Assembly: GCF_009834535.1 (NCBI RefSeq)
Contig: NC_045711.1
Coordinates: 1,426,001 to 1,490,000, forward strand
Length of the DNA: 64,000 nucleotides
DNA from: Camelus ferus
Lineage: Eukaryota
Direction of reading: 5' to 3'
Shown here: positions 51,840 through 64,000 of the stretch, one piece after another
Layout of the letters: every line of letters starts with the position of its first letter
Position numbering within the stretch: the first letter of the stretch is position 1
Notes under the pieces: model-generated
Database searches by the model: none
What the model was told of the DNA's origin: nothing
What the model saw: the letters and a program-made list of their open reading frames with translations, nothing else
Made by a program: the position numbers and the translations under genes

Positions 51840-52800
51840 GCAAAACACCATACTGTTTTGTAATCTTTTCTCCTTCCCACATAACACAGTATAATTCTTA
51901 ACATGTCAACCTACAAATCTATCTTATCCATTTCAAAGGCTGCAAAATATTCCATTTTATGTATGAACTATCATCTATTTAACTAAACCTTTATTGGTAT
52001 AATTTATTTCCTATTTTTTGCAATTGTTAATAATAATGGAATTAATGTTTACTTAGTGTAAATCTTTCCATATATCTGAAATTATTTACACTGGTTAAAT
52101 TCATAAAAGTGATTTGTATGTGTGTGTGTGTGTGCACCCATGCTAAGGAAATGCAAATGTAAAATTGGTAAATATTCTGCCTTTCTATTTGCCAAAATCA
52201 TGTAGACCATTTTACATCTTGACTAGCAGTTTATAAGAACATTTGTTATCTCACTTGTTGACTTCACTGGGTATTATAAATAGAAATTTTTATCGTTGAT
52301 AATTAGATTCAATATTGCATTATTTTTTAATTTGTATTTTTTTGTTTATGAGTGTGATTAGATAGATTTTTTAATATATTTCTTATGATTTGTATTTATT
52401 CTTTCAAAATTGCCTGTTCGTGTTTTTGTCCCTTTGAGGGTAATTTATGTTTATCTTAATGATTGATGGAAACACTTCACTTTTAGGACACTATCCCCTT
52501 GTCATAATGTTGGAAATATATTTCCCAGTTTCCCATTTGTCTGTAACTTTGTTTAGGGTGTCTCTTGCCCAAGTTAAGTTGGACATTTTTATGAAGTTTG
52601 CCTTCTTTGTTCTGTATCATGCTTAGGAAAAATGACTTTTCCATCTAAATGCTGTATAAATATTTGCCAGTGATGTTTTTCTAGTACTTTTACATTTCTT
52701 TATTAAGTCAAATATCTAATGTATAAAGAATTTACTTTTTGTGTATGTTGTAACTTTTCTCCCCACTGAGAAAAACTGCCCCAACACCATAAAATATAAG
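51840..52800 (-). mobile_element. Old L1 (L1ME-type) 3' region
   Basis: atattccattttatgtatgaactatcatctatttaac...atatatttcccagtttcccatttgtc. Confidence 0.65.
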
Positions 52801-52867
52801 CCTGATCATATACAGCATATGTGACATTTCATATACTTACATATATATGTGTGTATATATGTATAAT

Positions 52868-53560
52868 AGTCAGCAAGAAGGCAGAATAGGAGGTTCCATT
52901 CCTCATATTCCCCTGCTTAGCAACAATAATTTAGACAAAAAGTGCCTTTGTGGGAGCTTTGGCATCTAGGTAGGAGATAGTAAGACCCTGGTGGAGCCAA
53001 AGTCGAAGGCGGGCTGTTCTAAGAACGCAGGCTTATGCCTGGGTGGCAAATTTGCAGACAGTAGTCCTGGATACAGACCTGGAAACAGCCCTGTGGGCTC
53101 GGCTACAGCTTCATTTGGCCTTGATTCTGTCACCAACAACATCTGCCAAGGGACCCAGCAGGAGTCACACCCACTGTGCTCCAGTTAACAGGCCTGCCAG
53201 CCTCAGCCCCCGCTGCGGATGCTGGAGTAGCCCGTGGCCCAGCCCAGCCCCTCTTGGCTGCCAGCCCTGCCCACCCAGGGACAAGCAGATGATGTGCCCC
53301 CACCCCACACCCCTGAGACAGGCCCTCCAACTTTGGTCCACCTGCAGGTGCTGAATCAGCCCTGTAACTTGGCCCAGCACCTTGCGGTCACAGGCCAGGA
53401 GCTCTCCTGCTTGTCCAGGGACCTGTCAGAAGACACGTTCTTCTGTGCCCTCAGAGGGAGAACCTCTGATCTTGAAGTGGCCCCGTAAACCAACTCCCAC
53501 CCCTTGAAGCCATGGGCTGGGAACACTTCTGCTCAATCAGGGACCAGGAGGAAGACACAC
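52868..53560 (+). mobile_element. L1 5'UTR-like fragment
   Basis: aagaaggcagaataggaggttccattcctcatattcccc...aaaagtgcctttgtgggagc, GC-rich. Confidence 0.55.
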
Positions 53561-53784
53561 TCCCAGACGGAAGCCAGCAAAACTTGGTCTGACAGGGCTT
53601 GAAGAGGCCTTATAACCAATATCTCAGCAGTTTATTCCAAACATCCTTGCCTGGATGTTAAATCCTGAATCATGAAAAGTGCTCCCACATCAATGAACTC
53701 TCCTGATTCAGCCTCACATTCTGCCCTACCCCTTTGGTCCTCATGGTTCACTCCCACATTGCTCCTCTAGAAACTGGAGGAAAT

Positions 53785-54254
53785 TCCAGTTCCTGCCAGG
53801 TATTACTGCTGTAACAAGTTACCACAAATTTAGTGACTTACAACAACAGAAATATGTTCGTTCATGATTCTGGAGGCCCAAAGTCCAAAATGGGTCCTAC
53901 AGGGCTAACTTCAAGATGTCAGCTGGGAAGGTCCTTTCGAGAGGCTCCAGGGGAGAATCTACTCCTTGTCTCCTCCATCCTCTAGTGGCTGCTGGCATCC
54001 TTGGCTGTGGTCATACCTCCCAGGTCTTCACATCATATTGCCTTTTTCTCTTCTGTAGTCAAATATCTCTCTACCTTCTCTCTTGTAAGGACTCTTGTGA
54101 TTACACTTAGGACCCACTTGGCTAATTCAGGATAATCTCCCCGGATGAAGACCCCTAACAGTCACATCTGCAAAGTCCATTTTTTACCGTGTTTAAAGTT
54201 GAATTCAGGATTACGACCTGGATATCTTTGGGGGCCATTGTTCAGCCTACCACA
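53785..54254 (-). mobile_element. MLT1C/D-type MaLR LTR
   Basis: ctgctgtaacaagttaccacaaatttagtg...ttcaggataatctcc...gggccattgttcagcctaccaca. Confidence 0.85.
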
Positions 54255-55639
54255 GCCTGGTATGGGAATTATTTTCAGTGAATAAATTATTTCCTCTTGG
54301 ATCATAGATGAGATTTCCTTTCTCAGCCTCTGCTGAGACCTAACCCTAATTATTCTGGAGGCACTGAGGAAAAGTGGGAGGAGTTCTGGAGGAGGACAAG
54401 AATCATCCTGTAAGGCATCTGCCTCATATGACGTCTTTTCATGGTTTTGGAGCAAAAGAAGTTATTGCCTTCTAGCAAGGGGGAAGGGATGCTTTTGTCA
54501 GCCAAGGGGATTCAGAAGAGTCTGTGGGTTCAAAATCTTCTTGCTTATCCTCTCAAACATCTCCATCCAAGGACTCAAGGTCTCACTCTTTCCCTACCAG
54601 GGCCCTGGATTCAGCATAGGAGAACCAACTAAGCTACACAATCAGCCTCCCTTGTAGCTCTGCCACCTTTACAGTTAGGTCCTAGGCCTGACCTTCAGCA
54701 CCACTGCCATGCAGCTGCAGAAGATTAATGTCTCATTAAATGTTGCCACGGGAGTTTTCTGGCTTTCACAACACACCCTAAATTGATTGCTGGCTGACCT
54801 GGGCCTTTTATTCTGAATCTTTAAGGATTCTGAGAACCTTAATAAAAGCCATCCTTTATTATTAAAACGCCATAATTCTTACAGTTACCATGGTTTGTAT
54901 CATGTTAACATGCTAGAGCTAACACGTAACCCAGTGTTTCATCTTCCACTCGCACCTCATCCCAATCTACCACCAGTGAGTCCTAGTAATTATGCTAGGG
55001 GTTATCAGCAAACCCAGTTACTCCCAAAAGTGATGAATGGTCCAGCTCCAGAATTCCACGTGGAGGAGATGCTTCCTAGGGCTACTCCCAGTACCAGCTG
55101 CCTTAGCTGGCTTCCTGCCAAAGCAGAGCCTGAGACGAGGTGTGTGTGTGGTTTAAGTGGGAAGGCATCTCCAGGAGCAAGAGTAAGTTTATTTATTTGA
55201 CAGGTGGTCCCAGGGATCAAGACTAAGGTTATAAAGAGAGAGACGAAGAAGGAAGAAGTAAGTGTCCCTGACTGAGGGGTTCATTATCAAAGTCCCTGCT
55301 GTTGACAGTGGAGATCTGCTTAGACAAGAGCGTACAGAATGGTGGGGCATTTACTCAGTGGCTCCTATTTCCTATTGTCAGGTTGCCCTCTGCACGCTGA
55401 ACTCCACATGTGCTCAGACCTAGTGACCCCACATTATTCATGGCATCAGAGATTCCCAAGGAAGAGGCTACACTTAGCTTTGTAGCAAGCAGAAGCCTTC
55501 AGGGAACTGTGCAACCCAACCACAGCTGAAATCACAAAAAGGCCAAGCAAGATGTGAGTCAGAACATCCACTATAGCGGCTACAAGGTACTTCATAGATT
55601 TGTCAGAAGGACTGATAAGGATTCCAGGCTTGAAAAGTT

Positions 55640-55850
55640 CTTAGCATGGTACCATGACAACAAACATTCACCAAAGTTATCAATCTGTATGCTGATGTAT
55701 TGATATATTGTGGAAGCTCCACCAGCAGCCTAATGAATCTCACTTCATTAAACAGCACTGCTCTGTGGTAGAGGATCTGCTCATTCCACAGATGAGAAAA
55801 CTGAGGCCCAAAAGGGTGCAGCAGCTTGTCCAAAGTCAAACCACTCCAAA
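55640..55850 (-). mobile_element. MIR SINE
   Basis: cattccacagatgagaaaactgaggcccaaaaggg...cttgtccaaagtca. Confidence 0.75.
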
Positions 55851-56644
55851 CCAGAAGAACAGGTCTGTCCGGTGCTTTCCCCACTGCACCAGGCTTCTCT
55901 GGTGGGAGAAGACAGCGCTCGGTCTTGGGAGAGGGCGTATTTGGTTGAGTAATTACTGGTGGGTATAGGAGTTGGAGGGACACACTCCTCAGCCTCCCCA
56001 TGGCTTCTGTTTATGAATCTGTGACCCTCACCGGGGCTTTCCATTTCTAAGGGCCTGGTCTGGACAATCATATCAGGAGGCAGCTTCCCAGAGGTCCTCC
56101 CAGCTCAATGTAGCTTTTCTACCACCACTTCCAGAATCATTATAGGATCCCCAAGACCTGTCCCCAGTGGCCCCCACTAACAAGGCCCTGAGGGAGAAGC
56201 ACCACGTCCTGAGGACTCATTAGGAAACTGGGTTTGAAGGAAGCTTCTCCCTCTTGCCTCTCTTCTGGGGCCTCCTCCTCATCCCCAGGTCCAAGGCAGG
56301 TCTGGAAATTAGCTTGTCTCTGCTTAAAGGCCCTGCTTGGGGTTGACATCTGAGAAAGAAAACTGCTCTCTCGGGAAACCTGTAACTTAGTCTCAATTAT
56401 TCCCCTAACTTCCTGGGTGACTTTGATGACAGGGACAAGTCCTGCAGGCCTCCATGACCCCACCATCAGTGGACTAGATATCTCCTACCTTAACTACCAG
56501 CCATAAAGCCAGGGTAGAGATAAAGCTTTCCTTTCTTTCTTTTTATTAAAGAAAGTCTGAATACCAGAAGGTGTGAGACACAGTTGCTATATTTATGGGC
56601 TTGAGTTGTTTACTGAACAACTTGTCTCCCCATCAGTCTCCTCT

Positions 56645-56830
56645 TTCCCAGGAGGGCTAATTTCTAAGGCCGCCAGGGGATGACGCCATAGAGAAGACAG
56701 CCCTGTGATCGTCTTCCTTTTCTTATATGGCCCCTTCCTTGCTTTCTGGGTGGATAACTGGGTGTGCATCACTCCTCGTCTTCCTTCCTGAAGAGACCTC
56801 ACTGGCTTCCATGCCCACAGCAGGGTGAGT
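56645..56830 (+). promoter_or_regulatory. Candidate promoter and first non-coding exon of OR3A2-like
   Basis: GCTAATTTCTAAGGCCGCCAGGGG (56656-56679), cttatat near 56723, donor |GTGAGT at 56825, acceptor ttccttacag at 59350. Confidence 0.6.
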
Positions 56831-59356
56831 CCTCTTACAGGTCCCTCCTCTGTCTTACAAAACAGCGACGGGGCCTCCCCTGCCATCAGTGCAAACCTGA
56901 CATCACACTTGGTGCTACTGATGCCCCTGGAAAGGGAAGGTGTTTGAGGGGAAGATATGGGACTGAAACCCAAAGATCCCGGCTCCTTTTCTGGGCCCCC
57001 TTTGCCGATGCCCTCCTTTCTTGGATGAAGCCTGCTCTCTGCTACTCTTAGGAGTGAGGATGAGTGGATTCACTGAGGCCAGTTCGCTGCCCAGGACCCC
57101 TTTCATCAGGCAGCTGGAACCTTCACTCCAGTCAAATGTCTTGCTGGGCTGTTTCATTGCTGGGAGCTTGGAGGGGCTAGAGGGAGTTCCAGAGTAGGGG
57201 GTTGTCATGGCTCAGTAAGGAGAACCTGAGGCTCATTAAGAAGCCCTGGGAGTGATAATCCCCAGTGATGGACATGATGTCCATCAGACACTCTGGATGT
57301 CTCTGGATGATCAGCAGTCATCCCAGAATCCCATTGGGGGGCTCGGCAGCAGCTGTTCTGTTGCTCTCCCAGCCCTGGCTATAACCTACTCGTCTGTAAA
57401 GTACACCTCTCCCAAGGGCCTTAGTCTTTGGAGTGGTCTACATGAAAAGAAACATGTAGAAAGATTGCTACGTTATGTGCTTGTCCCACCAAAACCAAGG
57501 AAAGCAGTAGTCCCTGCGGCAACCTCGCAGCCTGCTCTTGTCCCTGCAGCTTCCTGACATCATACTGATCCACCAAAGTCTAGCCCAAATCCCAATACAT
57601 CCAGAAAGTCTTCCGTGACAACTCGAGCTCATACTAATGCTCTCTTTCTCTGAAGTCCTGTGGACATTTGTCCAACCATTTAGTGATTTAGGAGATGATT
57701 GAGCACCTACTATTTGTGAAGTCTTAAGATATGAATTGTCACTGGAAAACCAAATCAAATGTGTATTTTGTCCTCAAGTCTCTTTCAGAGAAGTAGAGGA
57801 GATATGCTCTACTGAAAAATGACTTAGCCAGAAGGGAAACAGTAATAAGTTCCATGAAATAATATGCAGTGGGAGCTTAGGAGAGATGCAGAGGCAGAGA
57901 CAGAAATCCTTTTGAGATGGGGAAGTTTCCAGGGGGGATTCCTTCAGAAGTCATAGTTTGAGTAAACTCTTGAAATACCTGGGTGTGTGGAGTTGGAGGG
58001 AAGTCCTTACAGGTACAGAAAACAGCAGGAGCAAAGAGGTTAGAAAATCACAGGGTTACAATCCAATGCTTGGGTTAAGATGGACCCAAAAGGAAAAATG
58101 AAGAGTGTTGTTCTTTAGTACAATAAACGTGAAGAGCTGTTACCCACCCAGTGATACATCAATTTGCAAAGCATTTATCAGTTTTCAGTTTAATCAATGA
58201 TGATGGAGTCTGAAGACAATCCCCCTATCTCACCAACCATGTGATCTTAGAGTTTTAAGAATATCTTAGAGATCACTGCATCCATCTCTTCCTCCATGTG
58301 AGCTCAGGCTCTCATCACCCTTTCCCTTCTATTAGAGTTACAGGCTCTGACTGCTACCCATCCTCTGATCCAGCATATTCTATGCAAGGGAATAACCTTA
58401 CTTTTAGCAAAGCCCTAGCTTTGCCTACTCCACGGGCAATAGAGAGACACTGACATTTTTTGATTAAGAGCTTATTATAAGATCTGAAAGACTTAGCTCC
58501 CTCTAGCTCTCTACATATGTGCCTGCTTCATTTGAGGACCTCCACTTAGAGCCATTGGTCTATCTGCCATGCCTGAGTCAAGGACAAGTGAAAGATGGGT
58601 GGTTTTGCTATGCAGAAAACTAACTGCATTTAGCAGCAGCCAACCTGCAGGTCATGCTTACAATTTTTGATTTCAGAGGCAAGTAGCAGATCCTATGAAG
58701 AGAAGAAATAATTTTAAATTAGGTCATTATTCAAAATCTCACGTAAGGGCTTAATTAACAACAATAATACTAGCAATTTGTTGATCAAAGGATTTTTAAT
58801 TTACACTTCAGACTATGTCTCTCACCTTGGAGAAATGGCTAGAGTATCTGATAGCCACAATCATGGGTAACTTCTTTCTCATTCTTGCCATAACTTTGCT
58901 TGATCTTCAGTATTTCTAGAAGCCTTGAAACCTAGCTTGTGTTTTCAAATGTTTTCTAGATATTTCTCTGGAAATACCATTAATTGTTCTATTTTGAAAT
59001 CTGTTTATTGGTTTGCGCTAATTCCATTTTAGACTCACTACATTCAAAGAGGAAGTCTGCTTTTTTCTTAATGTACTTTCCCAAGTATTCTGACCTTTTT
59101 CAGCTGGGAAAAGATGGGAGGGACAAAGTGGTGGTGTTTTTGAGCATCTCAGCCAAGAGTAGGGTAAAGGCATGGAGTGATGGAGGGAGTCAGTGAGTGA
59201 GGAGTGAGGTTGCCTGCTGAGTGGGAAAATTATCACCCTGACAGCTAGGAACTTACAGTGGGGCTTTGAACACAGGTGGCTTAAAACATTTATGTTGAAT
59301 AAGTACATTGAGTGGATTGAAACTTCCACTTCTGGGACATTTCCTTACAGGGAATC

Positions 59357-60304
59357 ATGGAGCCAGAATCTGGTACCAACAGGACAACTGTTACCGAGTT
59401 CATTCTTCTTGGCCTCTTGGAAATGGAAAAGCTGCAGCCTGTGGTCTTTGTTCTCTTCCTCTTTGCCTACCTGGTCACGGTCGGGGGCAACCTCAGCATC
59501 CTGGCAGCCATCTTGGTGGAACCCAAACTCCACACCCCCATGTACTTCTTCCTGGGGAACCTATCAGTGCTGGACGTTGGGTGCATCACTGTCACTGTTC
59601 CTGCAATGCTGGCTCATCTACTGACCCACAAGCATACAATTCCCTATGCAGCCTGCCTCTCCCAGCTTTTCTTCTTCCACCTTCTGGCTGGGATGGACTG
59701 CTTCTTGTTGACAGCCATGGCCTATGACCTATTCCTGGCCATCTGTCGGCCTCTCACCTACAGCATCCGCATGAGTCAGACGGTCCAATGGATATTGGTG
59801 GCTGTGTCCTGGGTTTGTGCCTTCACCAATGCACTGACCCACACTGTAGCCCTAACTACCCTTAACTTCTGTGGTCCCAGTGAGGTCAACCACTTCTACT
59901 GTGACCTCCCACAGCTCTTCCAGCTCTCCTGCTCCAGCACCCAACTCAATAAGCAGCTGCTCTTCGGTGTGGGTTTCATAATGGCAGGTGAACCTGTGGT
60001 TCTCATCATCACCTCCTACATCCACGTGGCAGCTGCAGTCCTACAAATCCGCTCAGTGGAGGGCAGGAAGAAGGCCTTCTCCACATGTGGCTCCCACCTA
60101 ACTGTGGTCTGCCTCTTCTATGGGTCTGGTATCTTCAACTATATGCATCTGGGTTCAGAGGAGGCTTCAGATAAAGATAAAGGGGTTGGAGTTTTCAACA
60201 CAGTTATCAATCCCATGCTGAACCCACTTATCTACAGCCTTAGAAACCCTGATGTTCAGGGCGCCCTGTGGCAGGTACTTGTAGGGAGGCGGTCACTGAC
60301 ATGA
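59357..60304 (+). CDS. OR3A2: Olfactory receptor OR3A2-like, open 315-aa ORF
   Basis: [15 protein letters not shown] and [26 protein letters not shown] are recalled as OR3A2-type. The MAYDRx motif reads MAYDLF. Confidence 0.9.
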   Translation: MEPESGTNRTTVTEFILLGLLEMEKLQPVVFVLFLFAYLVTVGGNLSILAAILVEPKLHTPMYFFLGNLSVLDVGCITVTVPAMLAHLLTHKHTIPYAACLSQLFFFHLLAGMDCFLLTAMAYDLFLAICRPLTYSIRMSQTVQWILVAVSWVCAFTNALTHTVALTTLNFCGPSEVNHFYCDLPQLFQLSCSSTQLNKQLLFGVGFIMAGEPVVLIITSYIHVAAAVLQIRSVEGRKKAFSTCGSHLTVVCLFYGSGIFNYMHLGSEEASDKDKGVGVFNTVINPMLNPLIYSLRNPDVQGALWQVLVGRRSLT

Positions 60305-60459
60305 GAAGGTGATAGGGTCCCTCCTTTCCTACCTTTTCTGGGTTGGGAAAAATTTCCCAGAAGGGCAGTAACCTGAATAAATGGTTCATAACCATTTTTC
60401 CTTTTTCCTGGTGCCTGAAGATTTGTGTGATGTGTTTGTCCTGCAAAGAAACCCTACAT

Positions 60460-60700
60460 AATTCATTCACTTATTCATACAACAGATATTTATTGAATTG
60501 TTTCTATGATCCAGATTCTCTTCTAGGGCACTGGTGAACACAACAGACAGAAGTCTCTGTGACTTCTGAATGTGCAATTCACATTCTCATGAAGAGAGAC
60601 AAAATAAATGAAGTAAATTAGCATTGTATATGGTATATCACAGAATAATGAATGCTGCAGTGAAAACCAAGTTAAGGTGGGGGATTTAAAGTTAGGTTCT
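60460..60700 (-). mobile_element. L2 LINE 3' end
   Basis: attcattcacttattcatacaacagatatttattgaa...tctagggcactggtgaac. Confidence 0.7.
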
Positions 60701-62699
60701 GCAGGGCAAGTTCTCAGGACAAGTTGTTACCTTGTTTTTGGCCATGCTCAATTTCCTGGTAGACCTGAAGCCTTGAAAGTCTGGTAGGTCATAGGGGCAA
60801 TGTCCTATAGAAAAGGGCAGTTAATCACCAAGAATATCACTGCTAAGTTTTCTTCTGGTGGGGATGTGAGATTCCCTTTAGATCAAAGTGAAGACTGCTG
60901 TCTTAAACTATGGGCTCAGTGCCAAGGATTATTCTATTCCACTGCTCACATTTCACCTCTAAGAAAATCACTTCCTTCTCTTCACTACCAGACAAGAATC
61001 TCATAGTATGCCTAGGACACAGGTAGGGTCTTGAGACAGAAAGAGCCCACTAAATGAAAGCATCATTAATGCATTCATCATATATCTTAAGATTAAAAAA
61101 GTAATGTTCCATCTCCATCCTCTACTGTCTTTCTCTCTTAACATCTCCTTCCTCATATATATGATAAAGCCTTTGAAAGAATAAACATTTATACTGCTAC
61201 AAGGTCCTAAGAATTTTCAATGTAGAGTGTCCAATATAACTTTCTGCTCCAGTCTTACCTTTTCCCCCCAAACCTCCTAACTCAAAAAATATCCATAAAT
61301 GTAGTCCCTATGAGTGATGCCTCTTTGTCTCCTTCTAATGTTATTTTATTAGTACACCAGTACAACTCCAACCTAGAGAATTTCTTCATCTTGATGTTTA
61401 TCCAGATTTCAGCTCATCCATTTCTGAGTTGTACCTTTTCTTCAGCTTCCCTTGGAAGGCTGCTTACCCTGTCCTGGTAATTCTGCTGTTTCTCTGCTGT
61501 ATTGTTCCTCAAACTGTCTATGACTACACCTGGAGATTGGCTTCTCTGTGACCTCTTCTTAGGGCCATGAAACTGGAAGGATGGGCTGAGATGAAGATGG
61601 GAAGAAAAGGCATGAGAGTGAGAAGTAAGACAGGAATGAGGGTGGAGGAATGAAGATGAAATATGAGGACATAGGGAGGGATGGGACAGGATGGTGAGCA
61701 AAAGGGGTAAGAAGGAAAAAGAAATTAGGGAAGGATGTGAGAGGATGGGAGAGGAGAAAGGATGAGAGAATTAGGAGTATCAAATTAGATGCCTAAGGAA
61801 TGTTGATGAGGTCAAAGGTGGGTGTAGAGAAAATGAAGAATGAATAAGGATGGGAGATGAGAATAAAATTCCTATATGGAATCACTTCCCATTAGCATAT
61901 GGCCATGGGATGAGTAGCACCTTTGATGTTACTGTTGGGCCCCACACTTCCAACCAGGAAAAGAAAAGTTTTAAGTTTTGCTGAAGGTAGAATGATGCAA
62001 AGCAGTCTAGGTACTCCTCTTCTGCTTCCTCTGGCTATGAAATGATCCTCAAAGGACAGAGAGTAGGACTGAGAGATGGAGGAGAGGAGAGAGGATGTGT
62101 GTGCTGAGGGTTCATCCTCCACAGCCCCATTGGGCCATCAAAGTCATCAGCCTCCCGCCTTTGGGTGCAGTGCCTGCCAAGATGGACTAAAGAACAGAGA
62201 TGAAGTGTGTCTCTTTCCTGATACTCTCCAGACATTTTGGGGTTAAAGAGAATGAGCTTCCCTCCAAGGGAAAAATTCTTGAGAATGAAAACCATGAATG
62301 TGGACTTTAGCCACTGCTCTGTGACCTTAAAAAGTTCTTTCCTATGGCTGGGCTTGTTTCTACTTGTACCATAAGGAACTGGGACAATATCATCTCTCCA
62401 AAGTTCTTCACGTTAAGTGACCTTTGATTAGAATAGTCTGGATGAACCTTTTCATTGGGCTGAACCCAGAAAACATTTTGAGAGCGTTACTACCACCACT
62501 CCTTCGACCCCATGAGCATTTAACATTGCCCCAAACCTTCTATCTATTACACGCAAAGATCCCCAGTCTTTGACATCACTTCCTCCTGAACATTCATTCC
62601 AAACACTTAAGGGTGTTTTCCTTGGAAATTATCTCCTCTGTTCTGCCTATCCTCCAAGGCCAAAGGGTTTCTTTAACAGGTGAGAAACTTGTATTTCCC

Positions 62700-64000
62700 T
62701 TGGTATTTCTCTCTTTGTGCCCCTGAATGTGTTATATTGACAGATTTTTCTGCTTTTGAACCATCCTTACATTCCAAAGATATACTCCACATGAATATGC
62801 TGCATTTTTTTAATACAGTTAGAATCAGATAATATTTTGTTCAGAGTTTTCTCTTTTTGTTTATAACTTAAAGGTTTATAATTTACTTATATCATTTTTT
62901 TCTGGTTTTCTAGCTCATAATGAGCTTGTAGTTTTGCTTGAAAGTTCCCTTAAAGTTTGGCTATGGAGTTATTCTGGAGGGGCAGTTGAGAAGCCCAAAA
63001 CTATCATTTTACTTTCTTCAATGCTTGTAGGTCTATTAAATTTTATATTTCTTCTTGGACCAATTTAGAATGTCATATTTTTTTCCAGGAAGTCTCCAGT
63101 TATATACATTAGGTATATAGTGGTTCACAATACTCATCGTGTTTAAGTAAACATTTTTATAACATACAGACGTGCAGGGAGCATAAATGTGGAAACAGTG
63201 GCATAGTTTCTTAAATCTCCCTCCTCAAAAAGAAAATAGTGCAACAAAGATAGCAAAACCCAAACCTCTTCAACATCTACAATAAAACTATGACAAATAT
63301 AAGTAGTTACTTCTTTAGGATTACTCTTCTTGTTCTGTCTCCAATTTATTAATTTGGATACTTAGATCATTTGTTTTCAACTGCAGTTCTTTCCTGATAA
63401 ACCTATTTAAAACTGAAACTATATCTTTTAATCAAATTTGCTTTTAATTTGTAGTTTTTCTTTATTGTTTTTTAGTTCCAAATATTTCATAATTTCCCTC
63501 ATGATTTCCTTTTGAACCTAAAGTCTATTTTGTACGCTTCACTTCTAGTAATACCTTCTTAAATTTCCAGATATTTGGTAATTTTAGGACTATCCTATTT
63601 CATTTTTTTAAAATAGAAGTATAATCAGTTTATAATGCTGTGTCAATATCTGGTGTACAGCACAATGCTTCAGTCATACATGAACATACGTATATTCATT
63701 TTCACTAGAACTGTTCTTTTAGGATTAATCTCAAACTTTAGTGCAGTATGGTTAGAAAACATATTTGTATTATGCATTATAGATCAAGAACATATCAGTG
63801 GAGAATGAATATGTTTTCATTAGAATGTAGTGAGACTTTCTTTGTGGCAAAGTACATGCTACCGTTTCATGTTTGCTTAAAAGAATGGGTATTCTCTGTT
63901 AGGGGATGTTGTAATATACATAAAACATGCAAACTCAGTCATTTCCATTTGCTAGATTTTTTTCTGAATTTTTTTCTCATTTACTGCTTTCTATTTAACA
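62700..64000 (-). mobile_element. Old L1 fragments with a short (~100 bp) younger L1 3' end at 63603-63705
   Basis: Degenerate L1 ORF2 antisense. The segment tttttttaaaatagaagtataatcagtttataatg...cttcagtcatacatgaacatacgtatattc is the same family as 7470-7975. Confidence 0.65.

Noticed and set aside
57266-57286. Perfect 10-bp inverted repeat tgatggacat-g-atgtccatca
   Set aside because: A single short palindrome is within chance expectation for 64 kb, with no supporting structure.
1-64000. tRNA, rRNA, snRNA genes or CRISPR-like arrays
   Set aside because: No recognisable structured-RNA gene or regularly spaced repeat array. This is eukaryotic OR-cluster DNA.

Overview
Mammalian genomic DNA containing part of an olfactory receptor (OR) cluster. 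The repeat content suggests a cetartiodactyl, probably a camelid (inference). Gene order and strands match, in reverse, my recollection of the human 17p13.3 OR cluster. There are seven intronless OR coding regions: OR1E-like (+, 5' end outside the window), OR1R1-like pseudogene (-, CpG-rich), an OR3A gene with one frameshift (-), OR3A4-like (-, spans an N gap), a mosaic frameshifted OR3A (+), OR3A1-like (+, intact) and OR3A2-like (+, open ORF but DRY Arg->Leu). The rest is L1, L2, MIR, MER5A, MaLR and ERV1 solo LTRs, microsatellites and four N runs. I found no new biological system. The best second-look items are a three-way mosaic OR3A gene, five +1 insertions that may be artefacts, a homeodomain+O/E promoter cassette upstream of all five OR3A genes, a candidate OR enhancer near 19.3-19.7 kb, and an orphan retroposed 3'-end fragment with TSD. 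Repeat family names and orthologue symbols come from recall, not database searches. Repeat boundaries are approximate unless a TSD is quoted.
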